The position numbers and the translations under genes were made by a program. DNA of 64,000 bases from Bdellovibrionota bacterium. Its GTDB lineage: Bacteria; Bdellovibrionota_C; UBA2361; JBGSMV01. The number at the start of each line of letters is the position of its first letter. Within the stretch, counting starts at the first letter, position 1. The stretch spans positions 511-64,510 of the forward strand of contig JBIKWF010000002.1 of NCBI GenBank assembly GCA_044356455.1, in the 5' to 3' direction. The notes below the pieces were generated by a model. It did no database searches. It saw only the letters and a program-made list of their open reading frames with translations, and was not told the origin of the DNA. Below are positions 19,131 to 29,055 of the stretch, in pieces.

Positions 19131-20069
19131 ATGCTCCGAGCGTTTACCATACTTGGGCTTTCGGCCGGCTTTCTCTTCCTTTGCTTACTCTCGGCATCAC
19201 GCCTCGAGAGCGCCCATGCGCGTCATTCTCAAGACGAGCAGCAGCTCGCAGAGTCTCTGTACTTGCCGCAAGCGGGCGCCGTTGCCGCTGCCAGCTTTGG
19301 CTACAAAAACGCACTTGCTCACCTACTCTGGTTTAAAACGATTAGTTATTTCGGGAAGGAATATCGGGGCTCTAAAAACTACCGCTGGCTTAGCCACATG
19401 TGCGAACTGGTAGTCGGCCTTTCTCCGCGTTCGGAGCATGTCTATCGCTTCTGCGGAACCATGCTGGCGTGGGAAGGAAATCAACCTGAGCTAAGCATTA
19501 GAATTCTGGACAAAGCAGTGAACCAGTTTCCCGAGAACTGGTACTTTCTCTATCTTCGGGGCTTTACCTTCATTTACTTTTTGCAGAATGAAGAAAGAGG
19601 GAACGCGGATATTATCGCTGCTGCCCAAAAGCCTGGAGCGCATCCTATTGTAATGAGACTTGCGGCGAAGAAACTTTCCGCGAGTCACAGCCCGGAAGCG
19701 GCAATTTCCTTCCTCCAAGGCGCGATAAGAATGACGGAGGACAGAGCAGCGCGGTCTGCCCTGCAAAGCAGGCTTACTGAAGCCTATTACGAACTGGGAT
19801 TTGAACTGATAGAAAGAGCGATCCAAAAGTTCCGCGCCTCTGAGGGCATACTCCCTCGCTCCCTAGAGGAGCTTGAGGGGAAGGGGCTAATTCCCCAAGA
19901 ATTGTCCCGAGAACACTATAAAGATCCCTTTGGTGGCAGGTATCAGCTCGACCCCTTAACTGGCACGGTGACAAGTTCAAGCGGAAAACCCCGAAATAGC
20001 GTGTCGTGGAATAAGCCTCACGCACCGGCGGGGAAGGCTCCCTCGTCCCCTGCTCCAGCGGAGAACTAA
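19131..20069 (+). CDS. Pilin-associated protein (Myxococcus PilG / Geobacter Xap-like position)
   Basis: N-terminal TM; helical TPR-like middle; C-terminal LPRSLEEL...DPFGGRY; lies between the pilin and an ABC transporter. Confidence 0.6.
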   Translation: MLRAFTILGLSAGFLFLCLLSASRLESAHARHSQDEQQLAESLYLPQAGAVAAASFGYKNALAHLLWFKTISYFGKEYRGSKNYRWLSHMCELVVGLSPRSEHVYRFCGTMLAWEGNQPELSIRILDKAVNQFPENWYFLYLRGFTFIYFLQNEERGNADIIAAAQKPGAHPIVMRLAAKKLSASHSPEAAISFLQGAIRMTEDRAARSALQSRLTEAYYELGFELIERAIQKFRASEGILPRSLEELEGKGLIPQELSREHYKDPFGGRYQLDPLTGTVTSSSGKPRNSVSWNKPHAPAGKAPSSPAPAEN

Positions 20070-20195
20070 GGTATCTCTGTAAAGTCCGCTCAGTGAACTC
20101 TGTGCCCTCTGTGGTTTTTACACAATTTAAATCAACCACAGAGGGCACAGAGTTCACTGAGAAAAAACAATATGGCGATGTTTCTCAGAGGTTCC
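20070..20195. mobile_element. MITE-like element family A, loop-inverted subtype
   Basis: GGTATCTCTGTAAA...TTTCTCAGAGGTTCC; begins directly after the CTAA that contains the upstream stop codon. Confidence 0.8.
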
Positions 20196-20324
20196 ATAAG
20201 AGCCCCCTGGATTGATCCACAAAATGACTTCTTCTCTCATCTTTAATCGTAATATCATTCGCCCCATGAAGCACCCACTCTCTGTGCCACAGTGGATTTC
20301 TATTCAGTGGAGTTCTATTGACAC

Positions 20325-21326
20325 ATGACCGAGTCCTTAGCTCTTGAAATTAGCTCGCTCTCCTACACCTACACCGAGGAGTGGACCCGTAAGACGCGTC
20401 AGGCCCTAAAGGAGGTGACTCTGGAGGTGAGGGAGGGAGAAGCGTTTGGCTTTCTTGGACACAACGGCGCAGGTAAAACGACTGCAATCAAGGCTATTTT
20501 AAACCTGATTGCGCCGCAGAAAGGCAGCATTAAGATCTTTGGCGAGTCCTCAAAGTCGCCGCGCGCCAGAAGGCAGATAGGCTACTTACCTGAGCAGCCC
20601 TATTTCTATGACTATCTGAGCGTACAGGAAACCGTAGAGCTCTACGCCTGCCTTGCTGAGGTGCCGCGCGACGTGCGCTCCCGCACCGTAGCTCAAACTC
20701 TTGAGAGAGTGGGTCTCGCCGAACGTGGGAAAGTGCGAATGCGCACGCTCTCCAAAGGCCTGACCCAGCGCGTCGCACTGGCCCAAGCCATAGTAGCAAA
20801 ACCAAAGCTTCTCATTCTTGATGAGCCTTTCTCTGGCCTTGACCCACTGGGGAGAAGGGAGTTTCGAACTATTCTCTCCGAACTCAAGTCGGGGGGCGCC
20901 ACCATTTTTATGTCGTCCCACATTCTAAGCGACGTAGAGTTCTTATGTGACCGCGCCTCAATTATGGTAAACGGCGCGCTTCGAGGGGTATTCGATCTCC
21001 ATGAGCGCCCCGCTGCTCTTTCAGGAACCGAGTTCGAACTCACCATCCAATCTTCTAAGGACGCCTCATCCATCGCGGGAGACGCGAACAGCCGCTATGA
21101 ACGCTCTGGCACGCTTCAGCGTTTCCGCTTTTCTGACCGCACTGGCGCAGAGCGCGCCTTGCACGCGGCTTTAACGCAAGGACTTGCCATCGAGTCTTAT
21201 GAAAGAAGGCAAATTTCGCTCGAAGAACTCTTCATGCAAATAGTCTCAGATTCAGGGGGTACCGCGGCAACTCAATCGAAACTAGAATCACCTACCGGAA
21301 CAGCTCATAGCGCTCCACGCTCATAA
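20325..21326 (+). CDS. ABC transporter ATP-binding protein (PilH-like)
   Basis: GHNGAGKTT, LSKG, LILDEPFSGLDP, SSHILSD. Confidence 0.9.
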   Translation: MTESLALEISSLSYTYTEEWTRKTRQALKEVTLEVREGEAFGFLGHNGAGKTTAIKAILNLIAPQKGSIKIFGESSKSPRARRQIGYLPEQPYFYDYLSVQETVELYACLAEVPRDVRSRTVAQTLERVGLAERGKVRMRTLSKGLTQRVALAQAIVAKPKLLILDEPFSGLDPLGRREFRTILSELKSGGATIFMSSHILSDVEFLCDRASIMVNGALRGVFDLHERPAALSGTEFELTIQSSKDASSIAGDANSRYERSGTLQRFRFSDRTGAERALHAALTQGLAIESYERRQISLEELFMQIVSDSGGTAATQSKLESPTGTAHSAPRS

Positions 21327-21342
21327 CTCCCTTGCCGACGCC

Positions 21343-22116
21343 ATGGAAAAGGTCTTTGCAATCACTCTCACTACCTACCGGGAACTTGTAAGAAGCAAGG
21401 TGCTCTATGCGGTCTTCTTCTTTGTCGCGGCACTGACACTCGTCGCTTCTGCGTTTGGATCGGTAACCATCGGAGATCAAATACTCGTCATTAAAGATTT
21501 CGGGCTCTTCAGCATCTCGCTTTGCAGTATCTCCTTTTCGACGATTGCAGGTGCGACCCTCCTCAAAAAAGAGCTCGAGAGGAAAACGATCTATAACATC
21601 CTCGCTAAGCCCGTTGAGCGCTGGCAGTTTGTACTCGGAAAGTTCTCTGGAATGACTCTCACCATTGGACTTACCATGCTGCTTATGATGGCCGGGCTTG
21701 AGACCTATCTTTTTTTGTTTCAGGGTCAGTTCGACGGGAGCCTCTGGCTAGCCCTCTATTTTTATTTTCTTGAAGTCCTGATTATCTGCGCGGCGAGCAT
21801 CTTCTTCTCTAGCATCGTGGTGACCCCCCTTCTGAGTGGTCTTTTCACCTTTGGCCTCTTTTTAGCGGGCAGATCGGTAGAGTATCTACTTTATTTTATT
21901 CAGGAAGGAACTCTTTCGGGGGTTGCTGCATCAATTTGTAAGGGGGCGTATGCCCTGCTGCCACACCTCTCGAAGCTACAAGTCGGAAACGAGATTGTGT
22001 TTGGTCAGCTCCCACCCCTCGCTTACGCGGGGTGGTGTGGTCTCTATGCAACTTCGTATGCGGGGATATTGCTTCTTCTCTCCGTGTTCTTTTTCCGGCG
22101 CAAGGAGTTTAACTAA
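21343..22116 (+). CDS. ABC-2 type permease (PilI-like)
   Basis: Multi-TM; KELERKTIYNILAKPVERWQFVLGKF; ends FRRKEF. Confidence 0.85.
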   Translation: MEKVFAITLTTYRELVRSKVLYAVFFFVAALTLVASAFGSVTIGDQILVIKDFGLFSISLCSISFSTIAGATLLKKELERKTIYNILAKPVERWQFVLGKFSGMTLTIGLTMLLMMAGLETYLFLFQGQFDGSLWLALYFYFLEVLIICAASIFFSSIVVTPLLSGLFTFGLFLAGRSVEYLLYFIQEGTLSGVAASICKGAYALLPHLSKLQVGNEIVFGQLPPLAYAGWCGLYATSYAGILLLLSVFFFRRKEFN

Positions 22117-23181
22117 ATGAATCCTGAATCCAAAAAATTTCTCTACGAGCTTCTTGAAACCCCCTCACCCACTGGGTTTGAGCAGCGCATACAGCGTGTC
22201 GTTCGTGCCCACATGAAAAAGTACGCCGATACCATCGAGACCGATCTCCACGGCAATGTGATTGTTGGCATTAACACCAAAGCCTCTCGCAAAGTCATGT
22301 TGGCTGGACACTGCGACCAGATCGGCATGATGGTGAAACACATCTCAAAAGAGGGCTTTCTCTACCTTGGGGCTCTTGGCGGAATCGATGCGGGAGTTCT
22401 CCACGGCGCCCACGTTTCTATTCACTCCGAATCAGGGCAGGTGAATGGAGTGTTCGGACGAAAACCAATTCATATGCAAACCAGCGATGAGCGCGATCGC
22501 TTAAAGCTAGACCTCGACAAAATGTGGGTCGATATCGGAGCTACGTCTCAGAAAGACGCCGAGAAGCGCGTGAAGATCGGCGACCCCGCAACTTTTAAAC
22601 TTGGGGTGACGGAGCTCTCCTCTGACCTTATCTGTTCCCCAGGCCTCGATGACAAAGTTGGTTTATTTATTGCCATGGAAGCCCTCAAGCTCTGCGTAAA
22701 ATCAAAGCTCAACGTTGCGCTCTACGCAGTCAGTACCGTGCAAGAGGAAGTAGGCCTGCGCGGCGCTCGCACCGCTGCCTATGCAATAGATCCTGAAGTC
22801 GGAATTGCGATTGATGTCACCTTTGCGTCAGACAATCCAGGCAATGACAACCCACGCGCCGTGCCCTGCAAACTAGGCGGAGGGCCCTGCATTTCTCGTG
22901 GACCAAACGTCAACCCAATCGTAGAAAAGATGCTCCTCGCGAGCGCCAAGAAGGCAAAAATTCCGGCGCAAGCGGCCCCCTCTGCAAAGCTTTTGGGTAA
23001 CGATGCGAACGCTATTCAAGTCTCCAAACGTGGCGTAGCGGCAGGCAGCATTGGAATTCCGAATCGCTACATGCATACCCAAGTTGAGGTTTGCCACCTA
23101 AAAGATCTCGAGAACTCAGCGAAACTTCTCGCGCAGTTCACCAAAGACATTACGCCAAAGACTGATTTTAGGCCGATGTAA
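22117..23181 (+). CDS. M42 family aminopeptidase
   Basis: AGHCDQIG, LDDKVG, VQEEVGLRGA, AIDVT, RYMHT. Confidence 0.93.
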   Translation: MNPESKKFLYELLETPSPTGFEQRIQRVVRAHMKKYADTIETDLHGNVIVGINTKASRKVMLAGHCDQIGMMVKHISKEGFLYLGALGGIDAGVLHGAHVSIHSESGQVNGVFGRKPIHMQTSDERDRLKLDLDKMWVDIGATSQKDAEKRVKIGDPATFKLGVTELSSDLICSPGLDDKVGLFIAMEALKLCVKSKLNVALYAVSTVQEEVGLRGARTAAYAIDPEVGIAIDVTFASDNPGNDNPRAVPCKLGGGPCISRGPNVNPIVEKMLLASAKKAKIPAQAAPSAKLLGNDANAIQVSKRGVAAGSIGIPNRYMHTQVEVCHLKDLENSAKLLAQFTKDITPKTDFRPM

Positions 23182-23273
23182 GAAGCCTGGAAGGACGCCG
23201 TGTCCTCACGGCGCTCCTTACCATCGAATTTTGAGGCAATGCTCGTTGTCAACTTTCACGCACGCTTTGTTGG

Positions 23274-23401
23274 GGAATCTCTGAAAAACCTCGATATTTT
23301 ATTTTTCTCTCTGTGAGCTCTGTGTCCTCTGTGGTTTGTCAATAATTTAAATCAACCACAGAGGGCGCAGAGTTCACAGAGTGGGCTTTTTCAGAAGCTC
23401 C
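23274..23401. mobile_element. MITE-like element family A
   Basis: GGAATCTCTGAAAAA...TTTTTCAGAAGCTCC; colinear with the 8899 copy; target duplication degenerate. Confidence 0.8.
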
Positions 23402-23516
23402 CGAGGAAGAGCAGCGCCCTGCCCCCCCCCCTCCCTCAGTTGAACCATCAGCCCCTGTTCCCAAATCTTTCCGCATGGGAAACTGACTCCCCAGTGCAAG
23501 ATTCACAGGATCTACT

Positions 23517-24680
23517 ATGAGAGGAATGTTAAAGCGTTTCATGGCTACAGAATCTTCTAGTGGCATTTTACTTCTCATCGTAACGGCGCTCGCCCTAGTT
23601 GCCGAAAACAGCGCGCTTCGAGAAGCCTATCACCACTTCCTTCACCTCCCGCTTGGAATAAGCGCCGGCTCCTTCACTCTCCAGAAAGGCCTGAGCCACT
23701 GGATCAATGATGGTTTGATGGTGATCTTCTTTTTTCTAGTCGGGATGGAGATTAAGCGAGAAATTCTGCAAGGGCACCTCTCAACCAGAGAACAACTGCT
23801 TCTCCCCCTTATAGCTGCCGTCGGCGGAATGGTAGTGCCTGCGTTTATCTTCTTTCTATTCGATCACACGAGCGACTATGCGCTCAAGGGCTGGGCCATT
23901 CCTTCAGCGACCGATATTGCCTTCGCGATTGGGGTACTCAGCCTGCTTGGAAAGAGGGTTCCAACCTCCCTTAAGGTTTTCCTTACCGCGCTTGCAGTCA
24001 TAGACGACATGGGCGCGGTTCTGATCATTGCGCTATTCTACAGCGAAGGGATTTCCTTGCCCCTCCTGCTCGGCGCTGCGGCAGTTCTTGTCGCACTTTA
24101 CTTCCTTAATAAGCGAGGGGTGCGAGCGCTTATTCCCTACCTCTTGCTCGGGGTGGTGCTTTGGCTTTTCACTCTAGGCTCAGGAATCCACGCCACTATC
24201 GCAGGAGTTTTGCTTGCACTCACCATCCCTCTTAGAACACCCGCTTCCGCCGGGACGCCCCCGCTACTGAAGTTAGAGCACGCGATTCACCCCTACGTTG
24301 CCTTTGGCATCATGCCTCTTTTTGCGTTTGCAAACGCGGGGCTGCCACTAGAGGGCCTCTCCTTTGCTCGGCTCCTAGAGCCAGTTCCGGCAGGAATCGC
24401 CGCGGGTCTTTTCTTCGGAAAACAGATTGGTGTGTATCTCTCCGCGCTCTGCGCGATAAAGTTAAAGCTCGGGAAAATGCCCGCGGGCGCCACGTGGGCC
24501 CAGCTTTATGGAGTTTCCATTCTTGCAGGAATTGGCTTTACCATGAGTCTCTTTATTGGTTCGCTCGCCTACAAGGAGGAGAGCTACCTGATTGCAACAC
24601 GTCTGGGCGTCTTGAGCGGCTCTCTGCTCTCCGCAGTTTTTGGCCTCCTTGTCCTGCGTTTGGTGAGTAGGAGCAAGTAG
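23517..24680 (+). CDS. nhaA: Na+/H+ antiporter NhaA
   Basis: WINDGLM, GWAIPSATDIAFA, LAVIDD, GIGFTMSLFI. Confidence 0.97.
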   Translation: MRGMLKRFMATESSSGILLLIVTALALVAENSALREAYHHFLHLPLGISAGSFTLQKGLSHWINDGLMVIFFFLVGMEIKREILQGHLSTREQLLLPLIAAVGGMVVPAFIFFLFDHTSDYALKGWAIPSATDIAFAIGVLSLLGKRVPTSLKVFLTALAVIDDMGAVLIIALFYSEGISLPLLLGAAAVLVALYFLNKRGVRALIPYLLLGVVLWLFTLGSGIHATIAGVLLALTIPLRTPASAGTPPLLKLEHAIHPYVAFGIMPLFAFANAGLPLEGLSFARLLEPVPAGIAAGLFFGKQIGVYLSALCAIKLKLGKMPAGATWAQLYGVSILAGIGFTMSLFIGSLAYKEESYLIATRLGVLSGSLLSAVFGLLVLRLVSRSK

Positions 24681-24704
24681 TCTCTTGGAGGATAGGTAAC
24701 CTAG

Positions 24705-24831
24705 GGAACCTCTGAATAAGTCCTCTCTGTGAACTCTGTGCCCTCTGTGGTTTTTCAACAATTTAAATCAACCACAGAGGGCACGGAGTTCACAGAGAGA
24801 AAATAAAATAGCGATATTTTTCAGAGATTCC
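24705..24831. mobile_element. MITE-like element family A, loop-inverted subtype
   Basis: GGAACCTCTGAATAA...TTTTTCAGAGATTCC with CTAG on both sides (24701-24704, 24832-24835). Confidence 0.88.
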
Positions 24832-24835
24832 CTAG

Positions 24836-24944
24836 GAGTCTGCCCCGTAGAAAATTCTCACCACTACATGTTGAGGTGGCAACGGGACAACCTACCTACG
24901 GATTGTGTCCAAATTGAAGTTCTATGTTTCTACGGGACACGCTC
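24836..24944. mobile_element. MITE-like element family B (109 bp)
   Basis: GAGTCTGCCCCGTAGAAA...TTTCTACGGGACACGCTC with CTAG on both sides; shares one CTAG with the adjacent family A copy. Confidence 0.88.
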
Positions 24945-25802
24945 CTAGCTACGCTTCTCTGCCTGAAGGGCAAGGAGCGCGTTCTTTTGCTCATCCGTAA
25001 GAGCCGGACCAATTGCTTCAAACAAGGCCTTATCGGACTCAGTTTTTATCTCTGTGTTGAGCTGCTTGATAGCTTCATATTGCTGCTTAAGCTGTTCTTT
25101 CGCTTCGTCGCCACCCATGTGATTCGCCATCGCTTCGCGCATCACCACACGCACCTGTGCGCTCTTTGGTCGAATCGAAAGCTCTATCTGCGCAAGCGCT
25201 TCGCGGACCTGCACTTCTTGTTCGGGAGAAAGCGAAAGCTTGCGGGCAAGGACAATTGCCTGAGAGTTGATGCGCTCAGTTCGCTCACGCTCTTCGGCCT
25301 GCACTTGCTTCTCACGGTACACGCGGGCGACCTCAGCACCTAAAACTTTCTCCATAAGTCCCATGCGAGCGTCGTCACTAGTCCCCACTGTCGTCCCTAA
25401 CTCGCTCTTATAGGCCTGAGACAGCGCCTCCTTTTGCTCGGGGGTGAGCGCAAGATCCTCCTCTACCTCCTCAACAAACTGCTGGGCGCGCCAAAGAGCA
25501 GAGCGCTCCGCTCTTTCTTCGGGGGCTCTCTGCCCGCCCAAAGGCGCCGCAGGCATCAATGCCTGAGCAACACTGGCTCCCCCAGTGGAAGCTAAAGACA
25601 ACTCCGACTTGGATTCTAGGCTTTTGGTCAGACTCCTGTGGCTATCCTGCAAATTTTTTAGCTGCTCACGAGCCGTGGCAAGCTCGCTTTCAAGCCCCGC
25701 AATCACATTTTCTTGGTGTTTGAGACCCGAATACATCTGCGCGTATAGCGCGAGGACAAGGACCAAGAATCCGGCAAGACCAATTACAAAAGGACGTTTC
25801 AT
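24945..25802 (-). CDS. Membrane-anchored coiled-coil protein with LTxxQ-like motifs (Spy/CpxP-like)
   Basis: N-terminal TM; LALTPEQ, LSLSPEQ, ALTDEQ. Confidence 0.55.
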   Translation of the reverse strand: MKRPFVIGLAGFLVLVLALYAQMYSGLKHQENVIAGLESELATAREQLKNLQDSHRSLTKSLESKSELSLASTGGASVAQALMPAAPLGGQRAPEERAERSALWRAQQFVEEVEEDLALTPEQKEALSQAYKSELGTTVGTSDDARMGLMEKVLGAEVARVYREKQVQAEERERTERINSQAIVLARKLSLSPEQEVQVREALAQIELSIRPKSAQVRVVMREAMANHMGGDEAKEQLKQQYEAIKQLNTEIKTESDKALFEAIGPALTDEQKNALLALQAEKRS

Positions 25803-25877
25803 GGACCTAGTATCTCCTAGGAGAGATTCCCTTTAAAGAGTTCTCTTTCACCCTCTCCCTCTGCTACAAGAATCCTT

Positions 25878-26543
25878 ATGACTCTTCCAAATCCAGAGTA
25901 TTTCTTCACCGATGGCACCACCCTCCCCATGGGTGCACTTTTCTGCATTGGCCGCAATTACCGCGAACATGCGGCCGAAATGAACGCCGAGGTCCCAAAA
26001 GAGCCTCTCGTTTTTCTTAAACCAAATTCGGCATATCTTCCTTCAGGCTCTGTGCTCGCACTGCCGTCCTTCTCCGCGCTCGTCCATCATGAAGTAGAGC
26101 TCGTCATCGTGATTGGGGAAGAGGCGGTCGACATCCCTGAATCTTCTGCATTTCGCCACATAGCGGGAGTCGCCGTGGGGCTAGATCTCACCTTGAGAGA
26201 CCTACAGGACACCGCAAAGAAAAAGGGCGAGCCCTGGGCCGTCGCAAAGGGCTTTCGGGGGTCCGCACCTCTCTCAAAAGTCGTGCCCTTCCGCGAAGTA
26301 CATGACCTTTCCAGCCTGACTGTTGCACTTACTCAAAATGGGACACTTCGCCAGCGCGGCGCTGTTTCTGAAATGGAGAGGTCCATTCCGAATCTTATTT
26401 GTTATCTGAGCAAAGTCTTCGGATTGCGGCGTGGGGACTGTATTTTCACAGGCACGCCCAAAGGCGTCGGGCCAGTTCGATCCGGAGATACTCTTCGCGC
26501 CGAAATTGAAGGCTTAGTCTCCCTCGATATTCAGGTCGCCTAA
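25878..26543 (+). CDS. Fumarylacetoacetate hydrolase family protein
   Basis: CIGRNYREHAAE, HHEVEL, DLTLRDLQ, TGTPKGVG. Confidence 0.93.
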   Translation: MTLPNPEYFFTDGTTLPMGALFCIGRNYREHAAEMNAEVPKEPLVFLKPNSAYLPSGSVLALPSFSALVHHEVELVIVIGEEAVDIPESSAFRHIAGVAVGLDLTLRDLQDTAKKKGEPWAVAKGFRGSAPLSKVVPFREVHDLSSLTVALTQNGTLRQRGAVSEMERSIPNLICYLSKVFGLRRGDCIFTGTPKGVGPVRSGDTLRAEIEGLVSLDIQVA

Positions 26544-26645
26544 ACGTGCAAGCGACTTCCCTCGCTCCATGAAAAGGATATATTCTCGCGGCAAATAAGC
26601 GCACTCTCAGCCACAACACGCAGAATCCCTCTGGAGACATGTCTC

Positions 26646-27263
26646 ATGAAGCACACCTTTACCGCCCACCCCTGGCACGGCGTATCACTTGGCAACAAGG
26701 CACCAGACGAGGTAACTGCATTTATCGAGATTGTTCCCACCGACGTGGTGAAATACGAGATAGAGAAAGAAAGTGGCCTGATGAAGGTCGATAGGCCCAA
26801 TAAGTTCTCAAGTCAGTGCCCCATGCTCTACGGCTTTCTTCCGCAGACCTATTGCGGAACGCACATTGGCAATTACTGCTCCGCGAAGACGGGCAGAAGC
26901 GGTATCAGCGGGGACGGAGATCCTTTGGACATTTGCGTGCTCGCTGAGCGTCCCATTCAGCACGGTGGGGTTCTTATCACCGCGGTCCCGATTGGAGGAT
27001 TACGCCTCATCGATCGTGATCAAGCAGATGACAAAATAATTGCCGTGCTGCATCAAGACGGTGTCTACGGCACCTGGTCCGACATCGGCGCCTGCCCTTC
27101 GAATCTGCTCGATCGTCTTCAGCACTACTTTTTAACCTACAAAGAAATGCCAGGGGGCGGGGCGCGCAAAGTCGAAATTGCCGCCATATACGGGGCAGCC
27201 GAGGCACGCCAAGTAATCCTTGAGAGTATTCGCGATTACAAAGAGAGCTTTGGAAAGCCCTAA
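26646..27263 (+). CDS. ppa: Family I inorganic pyrophosphatase
   Basis: AHPWHG, KYE, YGFLPQT, DGDPLD, DDKIIAV. Confidence 0.93.
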   Translation: MKHTFTAHPWHGVSLGNKAPDEVTAFIEIVPTDVVKYEIEKESGLMKVDRPNKFSSQCPMLYGFLPQTYCGTHIGNYCSAKTGRSGISGDGDPLDICVLAERPIQHGGVLITAVPIGGLRLIDRDQADDKIIAVLHQDGVYGTWSDIGACPSNLLDRLQHYFLTYKEMPGGGARKVEIAAIYGAAEARQVILESIRDYKESFGKP

Positions 27264-27282
27264 GATCGAATCTCTATGACCC

Positions 27283-27368
27283 CCTCCTCCCTTCGTGTTC
27301 TCTGTGGTCTTAGTGGTTGTCTCCATAAAGAACCACTAAGACCACAGAGAACACAAAAAGGGGGGAGG
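27283..27368. repeat. Free 9-bp-periodic palindrome (REP/REPIN-like hairpin)
   Basis: CTTCGTGTT CTCTGTGGT CTTAGTGGTT ... AACCACTAAG ACCACAGAG AACACAAAA; no terminal-repeat shell. Confidence 0.85.
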
Positions 27369-27414
27369 CTCACGGAGCTTTGAGCTCTCACGCGGAACAT
27401 GATTTACTCCCCCC

Positions 27415-28536
27415 ATGCGCAAGCTCCTCATTCCCGTTCTCATTTCTCTAGGCAGCATGCTCCTTGCACTCGGCGTGGGCGAGATCGCAGTTCGAGCATT
27501 GAGCTCCACTCAGAAAGAGACAAAGAACCCGTATCTCAAGGAGCGGCCTCGACTATTTGTGATGCCAAAGCATGCGCTCTCCACACAAGAGAAAGGCTCC
27601 CTACAGGATAGAGGCTATGACGCGCAGAAACCTGCCGGGGTATTTAGGATCGCAGTTGTCGGAGATTCGTTTTCGTTTGCGCCGCAAATGCAATACGACG
27701 ACAGCTTCTCTAAACGCCTCGAACGTCTATTAAACGCGAACGCTACAGATTCGCCCAAGAATGCTCGAGCTGAAGTTATCAATCTTGGAGTTCCAGGCTA
27801 TTCAACTTTCAACGAGGTGAGAACAGTAGAGGAAGCCTTGCGGCTCTCACCTGACTTACTGCTTCTACAAATTACCTTGAATGACGCCCAGCTTCGCCCG
27901 TTCAATATGGAGCCTGTTGAGTTCCAACGAAAATTTGGCAAGGTGCCCTTAGATTATGAAGGCTCGTGGATTCTTCGCCACTCGCGTCTTGCCCGTGTCA
28001 TCGCCGAACGACTTCACAACCAGCAATCAGTTCAAGCCTACATTCAGTACCACTACGATCTTTTCTCAAACCCAGAGTCCGGAGAGAGCTTCAGGTCCGC
28101 TCTCGACAAAATTAAAGCGCGCGTCTCTGGGAACTCCGAACAGAGAAAGGGGCCCCGCCTGGTTGCCGTGATATTCCCGCTCTTTGATTTTCCACTCAAC
28201 GACTCGTATCCATTTCTCGAATTACACAAGTCGATTGGATCGCTTCTTAAGGAACGAGGCATTCCGTATCTCGACCTCTTTTCACGCTTCAAAGGGCTTC
28301 CCGTAGAGAGACTTCAACTTATCCCGGGAAGGGATAGTCATCCGAATGAAATCGCTCACAGGATCGCCTCTGAGCAACTGCTCACGTGGCTCGTAAGGAG
28401 GAAACTAATTCCCTCCGAGCTTGTGCCGGAGCGGGTGTATCTAAGGCGAGACCACATCAAGGAACCGGTGGCGGTCCTACCTTTTGAAGCCAAGAAGAAG
28501 AAGAAGAAGAAGACTCGCAACGAGTCTGTTCCTTAG
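27415..28536 (+). CDS. SGNH/GDSL hydrolase family protein
   Basis: RIAVVGDSFSF, INLGVPGY, LND, DSHPN; N-terminal TM. Confidence 0.88.
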   Translation: MRKLLIPVLISLGSMLLALGVGEIAVRALSSTQKETKNPYLKERPRLFVMPKHALSTQEKGSLQDRGYDAQKPAGVFRIAVVGDSFSFAPQMQYDDSFSKRLERLLNANATDSPKNARAEVINLGVPGYSTFNEVRTVEEALRLSPDLLLLQITLNDAQLRPFNMEPVEFQRKFGKVPLDYEGSWILRHSRLARVIAERLHNQQSVQAYIQYHYDLFSNPESGESFRSALDKIKARVSGNSEQRKGPRLVAVIFPLFDFPLNDSYPFLELHKSIGSLLKERGIPYLDLFSRFKGLPVERLQLIPGRDSHPNEIAHRIASEQLLTWLVRRKLIPSELVPERVYLRRDHIKEPVAVLPFEAKKKKKKKTRNESVP

Positions 28537-28576
28537 AAGATACCCCCAACTTTCTACGCGGTCACTTTCTACGCGG

Positions 28577-28879
28577 TCACTTTCTCCGCCGCGCATCGAT
28601 CTCACTCATAATTTTGCGAGCAGAAGGAGTGTCAATTTTACGAAGTGCGTATGCCGCAGCGCTCTGCACCCCAGTGTTCTCGTCATAGAGAAGCTCTGAA
28701 AGCCTCTGCACTGCCGGCTCAGCCTTACTACCACACCGGGCAAGCTGCCAGGCTGCAGTGCTGCGCTCCTTTGCGTTCGAGCTATATAGATCGGGAGTGA
28801 GGGTTGCGACTTCCTCACTACCGCAGCAGCCAGAAGCAATAAGGAGCGCCAAGAGAATGAAGAGAGGCTTACTTGCCAT
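28577..28879 (-). CDS. HEAT-repeat lipoprotein
   Basis: Lipobox-like IASGC; ERSTAAWQLA and VQSAAAYALRKI repeats; start set at MASKP. Confidence 0.75.
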   Translation of the reverse strand: MASKPLFILLALLIASGCCGSEEVATLTPDLYSSNAKERSTAAWQLARCGSKAEPAVQRLSELLYDENTGVQSAAAYALRKIDTPSARKIMSEIDARRRK

Positions 28880-29055
28880 AGCGGTTACCCTTGTAGTCCG
28901 ACTTTCGCCGTCATCCCTCACATGATGTCCGCATCAAGAACAGGCTAAGGGTGCCTTCGGACAGCGCGAAGCCAAGAAGAAGAGGCAAAATTCTATCTTG
29001 GCTCTGCTTCCTTAATTGCGACGTGCGCCATAGCTTACTACACTCAGTCACAGTT

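Noticed and set aside
19774-20157. Short ORFs sharing peptides such as NSVPSVVDLN or NHRGHRVHRE (also 23339-23578, 24462-24761, 37201-37410, 52783-52974)
   Set aside because: They are translations of the repeat elements, with inconsistent starts and frames
23422-23431. Poly-C tract upstream of nhaA as a phase-variation switch
   Set aside because: Intergenic, not evidently within a promoter spacer, and no supporting evidence
28492-28512. (AAG)7 microsatellite
   Set aside because: In-frame poly-Lys tail of the SGNH protein; length change would not shift the frame
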